A stretch of DNA of 64,000 nucleotides from Octopus sinensis (taxonomy: Eukaryota), in contig NC_043000.1 of the NCBI RefSeq assembly GCF_006345805.1, positions 81,654,001 through 81,718,000 of the forward strand. The letters run 5' to 3'. Each line of letters starts with the position of its first letter. Position 1 is the first letter of the stretch. The position numbers and the translations under genes were made by a program. This document shows, in pieces, positions 40,393 to 54,063 of the stretch. The notes under the pieces were generated by a model. The model worked only from the letters and a program-made list of their open reading frames with translations, was not told where the DNA came from and ran no database searches.

Positions 40393-41260
40393 GTAAAATA
40401 ACAAAATTCAATTTATTCAGGATGACTAGCAAATTCTCAGAAAACAATAAACCCTGTCCAGCAAGATAGAGTGGCTTTAGATAAAATAAAAAAGTTGATT
40501 TATTATACATCCATTGAAAAGGATATTTCATCATGAAAAAAATAAAAATATAAAAAAAAAACATTGCTTTTCTAAGAATACTGAACTTCCTGGTTTACTT
40601 ATATTCATGGTGAGAGTGTATGTGATGTTACATTATCTAGGTATAGTAGTACATACAAATACAAATATGTTTCAATGATAAATAGAATGTACTTATATTT
40701 TCAGGAAGTAGAAAACAATTTTGAACATTAGAACTTGAATAAAATGTATGTAAGGTTTCAAATTTGTTTCAAAGTCAGTTGCTGGAATAATTGTTCCATT
40801 GATAATGGTTTTTGACTACAACAATTTTTACTGTCTCCCTCTCTTCTCAACCAGAGACATTAAACTAAATCCTGTCCTACAGATCACAGCTTGGTCTTGT
40901 GACTGTTAACAAATATTTATCATCTGTTGTACAATCAGGCGAAATGGACAAAATACACTGTTTATTTGGCCTTCTTAATATTCTGGGTATGAATCCAGCC
41001 AGGATCATTTTTGCCTTTCATCCTCATAGGGCCAATAAAATAAAGCATTATTGAAGTACTAGGGTCAACTGAATCTACTATACCCCTCTCCAAATTTTAT
41101 GTTTAGTGTCTATGTTAGAAACTGTGGTAAGTGGCAGTAGCTGGGAGAATTGATAGAAGAGCAAACAAAAGGTCTTTCAATGTTGAAGTTCCTCTAAGTT
41201 GACATAGGTCGATAAAGTATCAACTAATTACTGGAGTAGATTCAATCATGCTAATATCAA

Positions 41261-41461
41261 CCTTTTAGTATTTATAATCTGACCATATCAAGCCCAAATA
41301 TTCTATCTATTGTATGTTCAAACCAACCAGATCCAACCTCTCACACCTAACCTACAATGTCTTTGTATAAATAAACAATCACATCATTGAAATCTTAAAG
41401 CTATGAGATAATGCAAATAAATTAGCATCACATTTGACAGAGTGATTTGAATGCTAAAGGG
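41261..41461. mobile_element. piggyBac-type MITE, copy 3
   Basis: Left TCAA|CCTTTTAGTATTT, right GAATGCTAAAGGG|TTAA (41462-41465). Confidence 0.8.
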
Positions 41462-42660
41462 TTAAGTAGAAAGCAGAGGTGATGTAGTGTTGATCAATAT
41501 CTTATAGTATTTATCATCATCATCATTAATATTCAGGTAAATGTGATACACTGTTAGAAACATTTGGTGATTTTCCTCAGTAGATTTTATCTTACACTGT
41601 TGCAAGGTACTAGTAATATACCGAGGTCAAATTAATCAGCTCCACATCTCTCCATGAAACCAATGACACCGTGCCAATATTTTCAAGACAGCAGCATTGC
41701 ATTGGCAGGATATGTGTTTTATAATCTTTAGTTATCTGATTGGGAGTCAACTTTTCTTTCAATTCTTCTGAGGTTGGTTATGTCCCAGTAATAAACTGGA
41801 CATTGTTTCAACTCCACATACAATTTTCGAACATTTTACTGATGTAAAGCACCATTAGTGACACCATTTGTAGAAAAATGGTAGACGAAGTTAGGTGTCT
41901 CACTTTTGGTTTAAATTCAAACAAGATAAGGCACTGCATTTATGCCCTCCGACTACCAGTATTAACATCACCATGATGTGAATGACATTAAGTTATCAGT
42001 CGCCATAATGCCATAACAACACCAATTATCATTATTATATTTGCAATTTGCATTTGATGCAAGTTCCTTTCATACATATGACACTAATACTCTTGCAAAA
42101 ACAAAACAAAAAAAAAAGTGAATATCATACTTAGCCCCCACCCTCATCACCACCCTTTCATGACTTTACACCTAAAGAAATATAGCTCTAAGTTTTATCT
42201 TGAAATAATCAAGAATTTGTATAGGATAAGTAAAATACCTAACTTTTTCATTATTTTGTATATTAAGCCAGTATTTGAACTACAAATTAAAAAACTCATA
42301 TACTAAATAATGACTGAAGGTTTTAATTTAAGTATCAATAATTTTTGTAACATCAAGTTGAGGGTAGACTTAGGCAGGTTTAGTATAAAAAAAGAGTTAA
42401 TTAGTGGCATTGCTGCATTGACAGAAATAGTTCTTTGTGAAATAGGTGAGGGTGTTTTTCTCTTCCTTATTCAGTTGTTCGAGGAAAGCCCACATCATAG
42501 CTTTTATGTGTTCCAAAATACTGTGATATACTTAAGACAACAAAATTAACTAGCATAGCACAAGAGCAGAAATTTCATGAGATGGCCAGATTTATTTGTT
42601 TTAAATATATCTTAGTGATTAATAGTGTTGTTGGTTATAGGTTTCAAATCTGAAAGCCAA

Positions 42661-42860
42661 ACTAGAATAACTACAACAGCTAGTTTATTTTACTGATCCC
42701 AGAAGGATGACAGATGAACTGGAATAACTACAACTGCTAGTTTAATGATCCTGGAAGAACAATAGATAAACTAGAATGATGACTGTTTGCTTATTTTATT
42801 GATTCTAGAAGGATGACAGTTAAACTGAAATAACTACAACTGCTAGTTTATAGATCTGGG
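42661..42860. repeat. ~55-bp tandem repeat (4 units) containing a SINE-C-like segment
   Basis: ACT(A/G)GAATAACTACAAC(A/T)GCTAGTTTA...GATC...GAAGGATGACAG units start at ~42661, 42718, 42770 and 42824. Confidence 0.7.
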
Positions 42861-44023
42861 TAAGATGGCAGGTCAAGTTAACCATGGTGTGATTTGAACA
42901 GAGAATATAAAGAGACTTTAAAGTAAATAATGATTTCTAACAAAGGTAGAAATAGTGGTGAAGATGTATGAACACTGGTTTATTAGTGGTACCTTATCAA
43001 CCCCACAGAGAATGAGAGGCAAAGTTACTACAAAGGGGTTTAAACTTAGAGAACTAACAGTTATGACTAAGTAAGATGTGCAGTCCCCTTCCCCTATCAT
43101 ACTTAGTAATTAGAGTAATCCTTTCTACTAGAGGCACAAGGTCTGAAATTTGGCGGGACTCAAGTGCTCGACTGGTAGTACTTTATTTTATTGACCCTGA
43201 AAGAATGAAAGGCAAATTGACCCCATGGAATTTGAACACAACATAAAGCTAGAAGAAAAACCACTAAGCATTTTGTCTGGTATATTAATAATTCTGTCAG
43301 CCTGCCACAAAACAAAACAAAAAACTATACATTAATTAATATTTGCTTCATTTAAAACAGCTAAAATAGAATTGCCACAACCTTGTAGGTTATTCACAAA
43401 AAAAAAAAGGACAATTGACAGAATTGATGCTATTAAATTATTGCTACTCATTTTACTGATGTCCAGAAGAATGAAAGGTAAAGTTCATGCTAACAAGATT
43501 TAAACTTGGAACAGAAAAAACTTATTATTATGGTTTATTATCATCATCATCATTATAATTATTAGAATTATTATTACTGAAGTGGATTAGCAGAATCATT
43601 AGAGCATTAGAAAATCCTACTTAAGTCAAGTTTGCCTTTTGTCCCTAACCCTAGACTTTAAAATTGTTGGTATTGTGCCTAAATTAGAAATTTTTATAAG
43701 TACCACTGACACTATTACTAAGATGGTGGAGAATTTGCAGAATCAGAAAAGTTATTAGATAAATTATTAGGCCGTATTATGTCCCTCTGCATTAGAATTC
43801 AAATCTTGTTGAAGACTAGAATTTACAGCTTTTTGTCTACATTATCAATGAATTCTTATTAGAAACAAGAGCACATTATATTATATATATATATATATAT
43901 ATATATCATCATCGTCTAACGTCCGCTTTCTATGCTGGCATGGGTTGGACAGTTTGACTGGGGACTGGTGAGCCAGATGGCTGCACCAGGCTCCAATCTG
44001 ATCTGGCAGTTTCTACCTTCCTA

Positions 44024-44078
<55 letters not shown>

Positions 44079-45780
44079 GTGTGTGTGTGTGTGTGTGTGT
44101 GAAAGAGAGAGGGAGGGAGGAAGAACAAAAAGTACACTAATAGAAATTGAAGTTTTAGATCTTGCTCTCTTCAACATTTGAGCCCAAAAGAGGTTTGTCG
44201 ACATACTAAATGTACATGTGTGTGGCAGTACAAGATAATCTAATGATTCAAACCACAAAAGAGTTGCCATAACTTTGATCAAAGCTAACAAAACAGGCTG
44301 ATACAGTTAAAATTTACATTAAGCAGTGATGTGCACACAAAGAACTTAAGATTCTTTACAAATCTTGAAGAATTTAAGAGCATCTATGTGGTTGCTCGAG
44401 CTGCATGAAATAGCAGTTAAATTTCCTTCATGCCAGACCATACTGCCATAAGAGTAAAAAGTTGGATAATTATGGCTGGAATGCCTTTGACCATTTATCT
44501 CAGGGACTAAACAATAAACCAATGCAAGCAGATAAGGTAAAGAGTACCAACACAGCTAAGAGAAATACCATTTAATACAGTTTATTGAGAAACATTGACA
44601 TAGCTTACATTCACATGAAGTACAGGTATATGAACAAGAATATTAACAAATCTCTCTTACACACAGACAATTAAACAAAAGTGCTAAGAGATAACCATAA
44701 TTAACATCATAAACTGATATACAGAATTAAAAATGTCAACAGCATTTCAACAGAATAAACTCAGAATATGCTTTTGTTTATAATGATTTCGTCAGCGAAA
44801 CATGGACTTCCCTGTGCTTATTGGTGTAGTGACAATAGAGTCACTAAGTTAAAGCACATGATTAGTACAGGATTTAATGTTTTTAATTCTGATGGTAATT
44901 CTTGAATAACTTACAGACTACAAACAGGGTACAGAGTTGAAATGCACAAGCTTGTCGGGTAGATTAGTCTAGCATTTTAGTGTCACAACCAGTGTGTCCT
45001 ATTAGCTTTCTTACTTCAATCAGGGCCAAAAGGAGAAAATAAGGAAATGTTAAGTAAATTCTAATTCAACAGGAACTGTCTAATTATCTAATTAAGTGTT
45101 GTTAGAAGCATAACAATTGCCAGAGTGAAAGTGACTATCATGATCAGAAGTTCAACCTCACTACTACCAAACAACAATACTAAAGGTAAAGTATTGTGTG
45201 GTCCGAAGCAAAGAGACATCAGAACTCTTAACAAGAACACTGGGTAAGCAGCCAGATGGAAGAACCGATTCAATAAAAACTAAGGAAGGGAACTTCTGAA
45301 GTTGGTAGTTTTAATCCCCTTCGGTGGCTAAAGTCAAGGGAGCACTAGATGTTTGACAGGGTCATGATTTTTGTTTTGAAATATATTTAAACCAGGCACA
45401 CCACTTAAATTTTAAACAGATTTTCAAAAACGATTTTGTTAGGATTAGAATAATGAGTAAGACAGTTATTGGAGAACAGAAAACATAATTGACGATGTAC
45501 TAAGATTTAATATAACTTGATTTGGTAAGTCCTCACCACCTTTTATATCAATTATATATGTGTGTGTGTGTACGTTTGTCTAGACATTACACAATGTCTG
45601 CAAATGAGCATAAATTGGAATACGAATGAGGTTGTTCATTTCCAGTCTTCCATGAAAAACTGTTTGGATCTGAGAAAAAGTTACTTTACTTGGAAACAAG
45701 CGATGGTTGGCTACATAAAGGGCATCTGGTCACAGAAAAGTCTACTTCAAGAAACTCCATATGACCCATGCAAACATGTA

Positions 45781-45840
<60 letters not shown>

Positions 45841-46499
45841 TATATATACACACAAAGCATATATATACATACATATGTACACATACATACATATACATAA
45901 CATATGTACACATACATACATATACATGTATATATTCACATACAAATGCACAAATATGTACATATATATACATGCACACATAAATATATACACATGTGTA
46001 CATACATATACACATACGCTTCATTTTTACATACAATTTTTTTCATGGAAGGATGTTAAGACAAATTAATTACTGAGGCACTGTTTGACAGCTGGATACC
46101 CCACCTGTTGCTAACCCTTACCCGTTTCTCAAGTAAGGGATGTCATTTCACGTTTTCAAATATAGGAAGCAAGCAGACAATTTGTTGATAAAAACGACAA
46201 GAACATCACCCACAGAAAAGTGTAAACAAACATACAGGCACATAAATATATCAATACATACACACACACACACATATATACATATACATGATGAACTGCC
46301 TTCAGTATCCATCTACGAAGTTCAATTATAAGGGGTTAGTCAACCTAGAACTGTACTTGAACACACCTCCCCAATGTGCTGTGCAGTGGAACTGAAGAGA
46401 CCAAGTGGTTAGGAAACATCTCTTTACAGAGCTATGCCTACACCAATTGCATATAAATATTAATACACACACACATACTACGTATAAATGCATATCTAC

Positions 46500-46540
<41 letters not shown>

Positions 46541-47416
46541 ATGTGCATGAGTGTGTGTGAGAGAGAAAGAGTATATTTTTATCTCCTTGTTTTGACTTTG
46601 TATGAAAGTTACAAATGAATGTCAGTGTCATCCAAGCAGTGCCATTCATTTACAATATTGTGCAAATACATGCTTGTGTCCAAGGAAATGTAACTGTGTT
46701 TGGAAACAGGTGAGGTTAGCAACTGAAGGGTGTCAACCTATAATAAATCTGCCTCACTCCATGCAAGCATACAAAAGACAATGTTAAAAGAATGAGATAT
46801 ATACATACATATATATATATATGCATACACACATTGTTCATATGATCTATAAGAGACAGCTACAACATCAGTGCAAGGCTGAGAGAGCCAAAGAGGTGTC
46901 CTGTAAATATCTGATACCAACTCCACCCTACTGTTAAAAACAAAAAAAGACTTACAGCCTGTTAAAATTTAAAGCCAAAACTCCACCAACAGGTCTCAAA
47001 ATCAGTTTTGACCCTCCTTGCAGAGTTTCACTTGGAAGCCTTAGATACACATATGTAAGAACACATTCTCATATTTCACCCACAATGCATCAGCCAGTCC
47101 AAGGCCAGATAAGACACGTGCCTAATGTACTACCCTTTGGTATGGAATTGAAAACTATTTGGTTATAAAGCAATCTTCATTATAACCTACAGGCTGGTTA
47201 TTATTAGGAATGTGCATATATTTTGCATTTGTGAAGACGCCCTCTCTTAAATTTAACATATATGTATATGTATACATACACAAACACATGTATATCCTCT
47301 TTTTAACTCTGTATGATTTCTAAACACCACTGGCTGTGAAAAGTAATGGTGGATCACAGCAAAATTATTTCATCTCAAAGTACAAAATGCTACAAACTTC
47401 AACAATGTATACTTAC

Positions 47417-48259
47417 TTCGGACAATTTTGTTCCTTATGGATATTAAAGGGTTCTGAAGCTTTAAAAGAGCACTCATTTCCCATCGGTTAGAAGTTCCGA
47501 GAGAGCTTTTAGAATTATTATACATTCCATAAGTCTGGTCAGTCAAAGAATATCCACTTGCATTTGAAGACGCAAGTGACTGTTTTGATACAGAATTTCC
47601 TTCAGGACACACGTCCGTCGTTGATCGGCATGCTTTGATCTTAGAAGAGTAACGGTTGTTAATGCTTCCATATTTGTCTTCTGTTGATGACAGTTTGGAA
47701 TCTGTGTTGAGCTCATCACATGGCAATAATAACTGACTATTACTATTACTGTTATTGCTACTACTACACATAGGAGTGAGCAAATCAGAAACAAACAAAC
47801 AGGGTTCTGATATAACATTATCCTCTTCTAGTAAACTCACACTTCCAGTGTCTTGTGGGGTCATTGATCGTGATATTGACACTGTCGATGCCACGGACTC
47901 CAGCCCTGGAGAATTACTGTCCATTTCAGTTTCGGTTTCGTTTCTTAAGCTAGACACTCCACTATCAACACTGCTTTCTCCCACTGCAAATATATTGCAA
48001 CTAGTCTTTTCAGGAGGCAACGAATTCATCGTAGTCCTCATCGTCCTTTTCGGAGGTGTCCGTAGGTTTTGAAATTTAGTTTTTTTCCGTTTCGAAGAAT
48101 AACTTATTACTATGTTTCTATTTGGCTTTAGGCGAGTTCTTCGTTTTTTGGCAAGACAATGTGTAGGGTCTTTTGAGTTCTGATGATGCACTGCCGAGGA
48201 TGGCGATGAAGATGGTGTCGAGAGGTTATCACAGTCACAATGCTGACTTGACGCATCAC
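47417..48259 (-). CDS. MPHOSPH8: MPP8-like large exon (843 nt): Ser/Thr-rich, likely disordered region with basic patches (AKKRRTRLKP, SKRKKTKF)
   Basis: tttctttatttctAG acceptor, GTAAGT donor, phase 1-1, fully open (matches ORF 47370-48191). Confidence 0.88.
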
Positions 48260-49570
48260 CTAGAAATAAAGAAAAAATTACTGTAATTCAAGCAACAACA
48301 ATAGATGTCACAGAAGATGGTGAATACAACAGCCACTGCAAGATTAGAATTATGCCGGAGAGAATACATAGTTTATAAACAGGATAAATTAAACGAATGG
48401 ATTAAAGTGCTTTATTTGTTTGGCAATCCTTCGGTAGAAGACGACGACGTCATTCACCCTTTTCTCAGCCTAGCCTTTTTATCTATATACCATGAGGAAC
48501 CCTGTGTGGGTGAATAAAGTTGTTTACTAGTACAGAAGGATTACCATTTTCTTTTTATTTACAGTGAATTATTTTAACCAGCTCATAATGGGTTAGAACA
48601 CTTAAACCGTAATAATTCTTTAAAACGACCGCGAACACCAAGAGTCCAACATCCTTCCCCCACATCTTCAGTTAATCATACCAAAACATAGCGCTGCCAA
48701 CATGGCTATGAATTTTGAGGGAAGGGTTGGTTAACTGATTAAATTGATTCCGGAAGACTGAAACTCAAAGTTGACCTTGGAGGGATTTGAACTCAAAACA
48801 ACCGGAAAAACATCGCAAAGCATTTTGTGCGACAATTTAAGATCCTGCTGTAGTATGTGTGTGTATGTGGGGGGTGTACATACACAGACGACAGGCAGAA
48901 AAGAATAAATTAAAATAAACTTAGTCTTTGAAATAAACCCTTTCCTCAGTGAAAAAAAAACACCTAAAAACATGAGTTTGGGCTGACATGAAATTCCTTG
49001 AATACGGGAGGAATTTCTAGAATGTTCACTAATTCCTTTCAATAAAAGTGAAAGAGAGCAAAAAAACGAAATAACCGTTGCCTGAGCAGCTGACCAACTT
49101 GAGATTCGAACTTTTGATCTACATGATAGCAGACGTACAATGTTTTTTTAAAAATCCTATACCAAAATATGGGGAAGAGGGAGAACAAGAACACGTGTCT
49201 AAGAGTAATAAAGCTGATTTTACAACAAAGGATCTCACAAAATTCGCAGAACTATAATATATATACATATATATGTGTGTATGCGTGTGTGTGCTCTTCT
49301 GTAATAGTGAAAGAGAGGGAAGAAAGTTTGAGAAAAGTTTCCCACTAAAACTTACAATAAAAACAAGAAATATAGGGAAGAAGTGGAGAAGGTAGAAGGG
49401 TGGTGAGTAAAGTGACATAAGACAATAAGACCGAGTAGGAAGGAAAATGGTAAGAGTAATAAGATAGTCCAGAGGAAGGAGGGGAGTAAAGAAGACTAAT
49501 AAAAATCATAACAGACGACCTGTCGCAAAAACAAATGACAAAACGAAGTAGTGACGAACAATTAAAGACG

Positions 49571-49578
49571 TGACGTCA
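49571..49578. promoter_or_regulatory. Perfect CRE palindrome TGACGTCA, intronic
   Basis: GACG TGACGTCA in a CpG-rich context; function inferred. Confidence 0.4.
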
Positions 49579-52500
49579 ATTAATCGACCGTAGCAACACA
49601 CACACACACACACAAGGATAAATAAGGTATTAAGAGAGGGTGGTGAAGGTGGTGGTTGATAAAGACTAAGCTACGTCAAACTAAGATAAATCACATCATC
49701 ATCATCAATAGGTAGACAAACTGACACTTACAATAAGACAGTGAGCTCGGAATACGTGGAGACATCAAAATTGTCGACCAGACAACATCAGATTAGTTCT
49801 TTAAAATACTGCTATCACGCACTTGCTCTTTCTCTCACCCTGCCTGCCTCTCTCTCTCTTTCCTCCTCGGCCCCATACCCACGCAGAAACACACTGATCG
49901 TGTGAGAGAGTGGGTTGGAGTTTGTAGTCCACCTCCTCTCACTGTATGTACGCAGTCGTCACCACTCACCTCTAACACTGCCCTACCATTTACTATCTAT
50001 ACCACCACTACCGCCATATACTATCTAAACCATTCCAAACCACCACCGCCACCACTAAAGAAGCCATCAGTCACTGGGTAGAGCTGGAAGTAAGAGTCAT
50101 GTTGATCCAAAACTGATGACGACAGTTGACGGGAAGACATACAAAGCTGTATGTATGTGTAGCTAGATAGATACTCACACACACATAGGAAGGTTTGGAT
50201 AGAAAGGGTTTGAGTAAATATATACACTTAAGAGGGGAAAAAAGAGGAGTAACAAATTTACAGATAGGCGAGAGAAAACAAACCGAAGTAGGAGGAAGAG
50301 CAAGAGAAGGCGAAGGAGGTAAAGATGAGAGGCGGTAGAAATATATTAGTGCCAAATTTAGACACTTCTTAAAAGTCAGATTGACTATCGGACATTGTTC
50401 CCACTCATACACACAACACATTTTCTGTTGTTTTTTTTTTTTTTATTACTGCTTCACATGAAGAAAAGATGTACTCGACACATTGCAAGATAGAATTATT
50501 GCACACAGCTGGTACTTTCTTCTGCCGCTGCTCAGAGTTTATTAGTTTCCTATTTTATAAATAGACAGGAGTACCTGAGGGAGTGTACAAGGAGAAAGAA
50601 GACACAGGGAGAGATGTAAAAGGAAGCGAGAGCACTTGTTAACGGAGAATATCCTAAGTCGTCATAGAAACCACTGTACTCCCTCTCTCACTATAACAGA
50701 AAGAAATGACAAGATACAATGAGAATAATAAAACACACACACACAAGCCAACAAAGGCCACAATAACTATACTATTAGTGATAGCAACAGTACTAATAGT
50801 AGTACTACTATACTATTACTACTACTGTTGCTACAACCGTCGTAATAATGGCGAATATGTGATGACTTCAACAGCGGAAGGTAACTGTATGACACCACTA
50901 AACAGCGTACTATCACAAATAACAGTAATATATTGAGTATGGTTCGATTTGTTATACAGGCATCTCCCTTCCTCCACCAAAATTGGTCATGTGCGCAGAA
51001 TTTTTTTTTTCTTTTTACTACAGTTAGACTGATACCAGATACCGTTAAAACAATTACTACTACGACGTCGACGGATACACTACAGACTTATATACTATCA
51101 CCACAGCAGAACGAAGCCCTACTACTACCACTACTATCACTATTGATAACACTACCACTACTACGAACATAACCACATCATAGCCAACTGCTGCTACTGC
51201 CAGTGATAGCACCGCTACCATCACCACCACCTGCTAAATTATTACTACTAGTACCACCACCACCATAACTTGCTAGTAATACTACTAAAACCTGCTGCTG
51301 CTACTACTACTACAACTACTACTGGCAGCAACAACTGCTGGCGCCACGTGAGGAAGTCTGCAGAGGTAGAAAATAAAGCACAAGACCCACTGCTCGATTT
51401 ATTGCGTGTATATGTGTGTATGTATACATGAATGTATGTATGTACATGTCCGCTTATGTGAGCTTATATACACACATGCTGAATAGAGAGTGACAGCTGA
51501 ATGATATGAGGATTTTTAATGTGCCAGTGTTCCAGGGTAGCAAGATAGTCTTTTGTGTTGGTATACTGAGGTAAAGACAAGAAAACAGCCACACAAAACA
51601 ACCACCACTACCGCCACCATAAAGATAACAACAGGAACGACGATGAGAGGTGGCCACACAGGAATGGAAAGTTGACATGCATCTTCTCACCTCAGACATG
51701 ATGTAAAGCATTGCTGCCAACGCCTACTGCACTAAAAGCTGCAATGACTGCAGATAATATATCCATAAAGCCCAGCTTGATGGAGTAGTAGTCAATGGCT
51801 GCCTTGCATTGCTACTAAACCAACATCCATATATTCTCCATCTTCATCATCCCGTATACACATGCACACACGTGCAAGTGTGTGTAATGTATATGGATAT
51901 TAGTAATGTGTAAGTAGCGAGTATGTATATATGAGTAATGTGTTTGTATATGTTAATATATATATATATATATATATACAAGTATGTGAGAGTAATCTAT
52001 GTATGTAGCCAGTGAGTCAAGAAGATGGCGATCCCACATTTGTCATTGCAGCAAGAAAATATTTTACAGTAGTGGTGTTGATTGTGTACAGATAGGGAGA
52101 GGGGGGAACAGGAAGGAATACCAATGAAGATGGTAACAGAAGACAATCAAATCACACAAGTGTTTGAATATACACGGTCGCTGTTATCTCGTGTGACCTA
52201 CGTTGAATGTCGACCTAATAAACTACACTTAAACAGGTGGATTGGTACTCATTAGGATTACATACAAACACACACGTGTTAGTATACCCTCACACACTTA
52301 TAAAAAGAAAGCCGACGGATTGCAATTATATACAGTTCATTCAACAGAGTAAACATTCTACCGAAAATAGGGGCTAAATCTTGCCGAGCTTAATTCTGCC
52401 TTTCATCCTTCTGGGGTTGATAAAATAGAATACCAGTCGATGGCATCGACTAACCACTTCCTTCAAAAATTGCTGGCCTTGAGGAGTGAGCATGGGTCTT

Positions 52501-52880
52501 GTGAAAACATTCCCTTTAATGCAAAATGATTTTCCCCTTTAAATTACATAGACCGATGGTTACATAAATAATAGAGCACAGATATGACATTCGTGACTAA
52601 TTTAGAGCAAACATGTGCCAAACAATTATTAACCGCAGAGCAACATGTGATGAGAACACGGAAAACACGATAGTCAAGTTTGTTTTTGTGTCGAGCGTGA
52701 AAAAGTTCGTGAGAACTTTCTCTTCGCTACCAGTTTATTACATACCCACACACACATATATATACATCTATTTATACAAACATACACATTAATATATACA
52801 TACAAAAATATACATAGAATCGTATATACACAAACTACATATCTATTTATTTGTATATATTGTATTTGTACTTCACTTAC

Positions 52881-53061
52881 CCGGGTGGCCGCGGTGGAGG
52901 CTATGACAGTGTAAGAGTCTACAGCTAATGGAGAGTGCCTCTTGCAAGGAATAAAACAACAGTGCAGTCCTGCCAATATGGTGCAGTAGCAGCACCTTTA
53001 AGGTGTTCTGATCACAGTAAAGGTCCGTCTCACTTTGGTGAGATCTTAAACATTTCATTTC
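52881..53061 (-). CDS. Probable first coding exon, ATG at 53058: MKCLRSHQSETDLYCDQNTLKVLLLHHIGRTALLFYSLQEALSISCRLLHCHSLHRGHP(G)
   Basis: Strong donor CGG|GTAAGT, weak catAG acceptor; open frame ending in phase 1, compatible with the 48259 acceptor; no recognised homology. Confidence 0.6.
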
Positions 53062-53852
53062 CTATGTCCGTTGATACAAAGAATTACGAGCATCTTTTAC
53101 GACCAAAAACCAAAGAATAACAATAACCCAAAGAATTAAAACAAACACATTCACAAATAAATAAATCAAAGCAGTCAACAAGTCCCACAGCAAATTTGTG
53201 TGTAATCCTGTCTACAAACAAATTTCGATCTAATGACCTATTAGTTCAGTCAAATAATCATCATCAATGGTAGTAATAAAACCATAAACAAACTACTTAT
53301 TTTTAGAGTGTACTCCTGGTTCCTACTCTTTTAGTTGTTATATTGGTGTTGATTTTTTAAATCTCCATCGGGTGGGCGGATGGAATCTTGCCAAAGTTGC
53401 CGTCCTTTTTATTTGTTTCTTTTTTTTATTTTTTTAAATATCAGGGCTTTTTTTTTTCGCTTTCAATCCTTATTTCACCTCCTTCACATTTATGTACTCG
53501 CCAACTGTAGCGAAATCGGGAAGATTAACTTGGTTAACAGTATTTCAACATCGTATATAGCTTTACTCCACAGATGTGTGTATAACTGTATGTACATGTA
53601 TCTGTAGAATGTAAATAGTGAGTGTGCGTATAGACAAACACTAATGTAAAAAGGAGAAAGAGTAGCAAGTGCGCGCCAAGTATTGTTTATCACTGATGTA
53701 TTAGTCAACATTACCAACAGGAACTCGAGCAACAATAGAGAAAAGGCGTAGAATGAATAAACTACACTAACTGATTACAATATATTACGTATACATGTAA
53801 GCATATAGGTTGAAGAATAAATTACAGTAGATTAGCTGATAGTATTTCTTAC

Positions 53853-54063
53853 GTAGGAGGAATCAAAAGACTTCGGTTCCGGATTCCTCCGCACCCTACG
53901 TCTAAACAGAACAACTGCACGAACCGGTGACTGACCACACAGTGAACCAATCAGATAATTGTCCGACACACACACATATACATACATACATACATATATA
54001 TAAACACACACACACACATACATACACATGCGCATTACACGGTGTTGCTTCCCCCTGACGTCA
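53853..54063 (-). promoter_or_regulatory. Candidate promoter and non-coding first exon
   Basis: CpG-rich segment ending in donor TAC|GTAAGA at 53853/53852; CCAAT box at 53947-53951; TGACGTCA at 54056-54063. Confidence 0.5.

Noticed and set aside
45090-45545. Unique-looking sequence that might be a LINE/PLE remnant
   Set aside because: No convincing translated motif in any frame; left unassigned.
48305-48517. 70-aa plus-strand ORF MSQKMVNTT...
   Set aside because: No recognisable motif or splice partners; the length is expected by chance.
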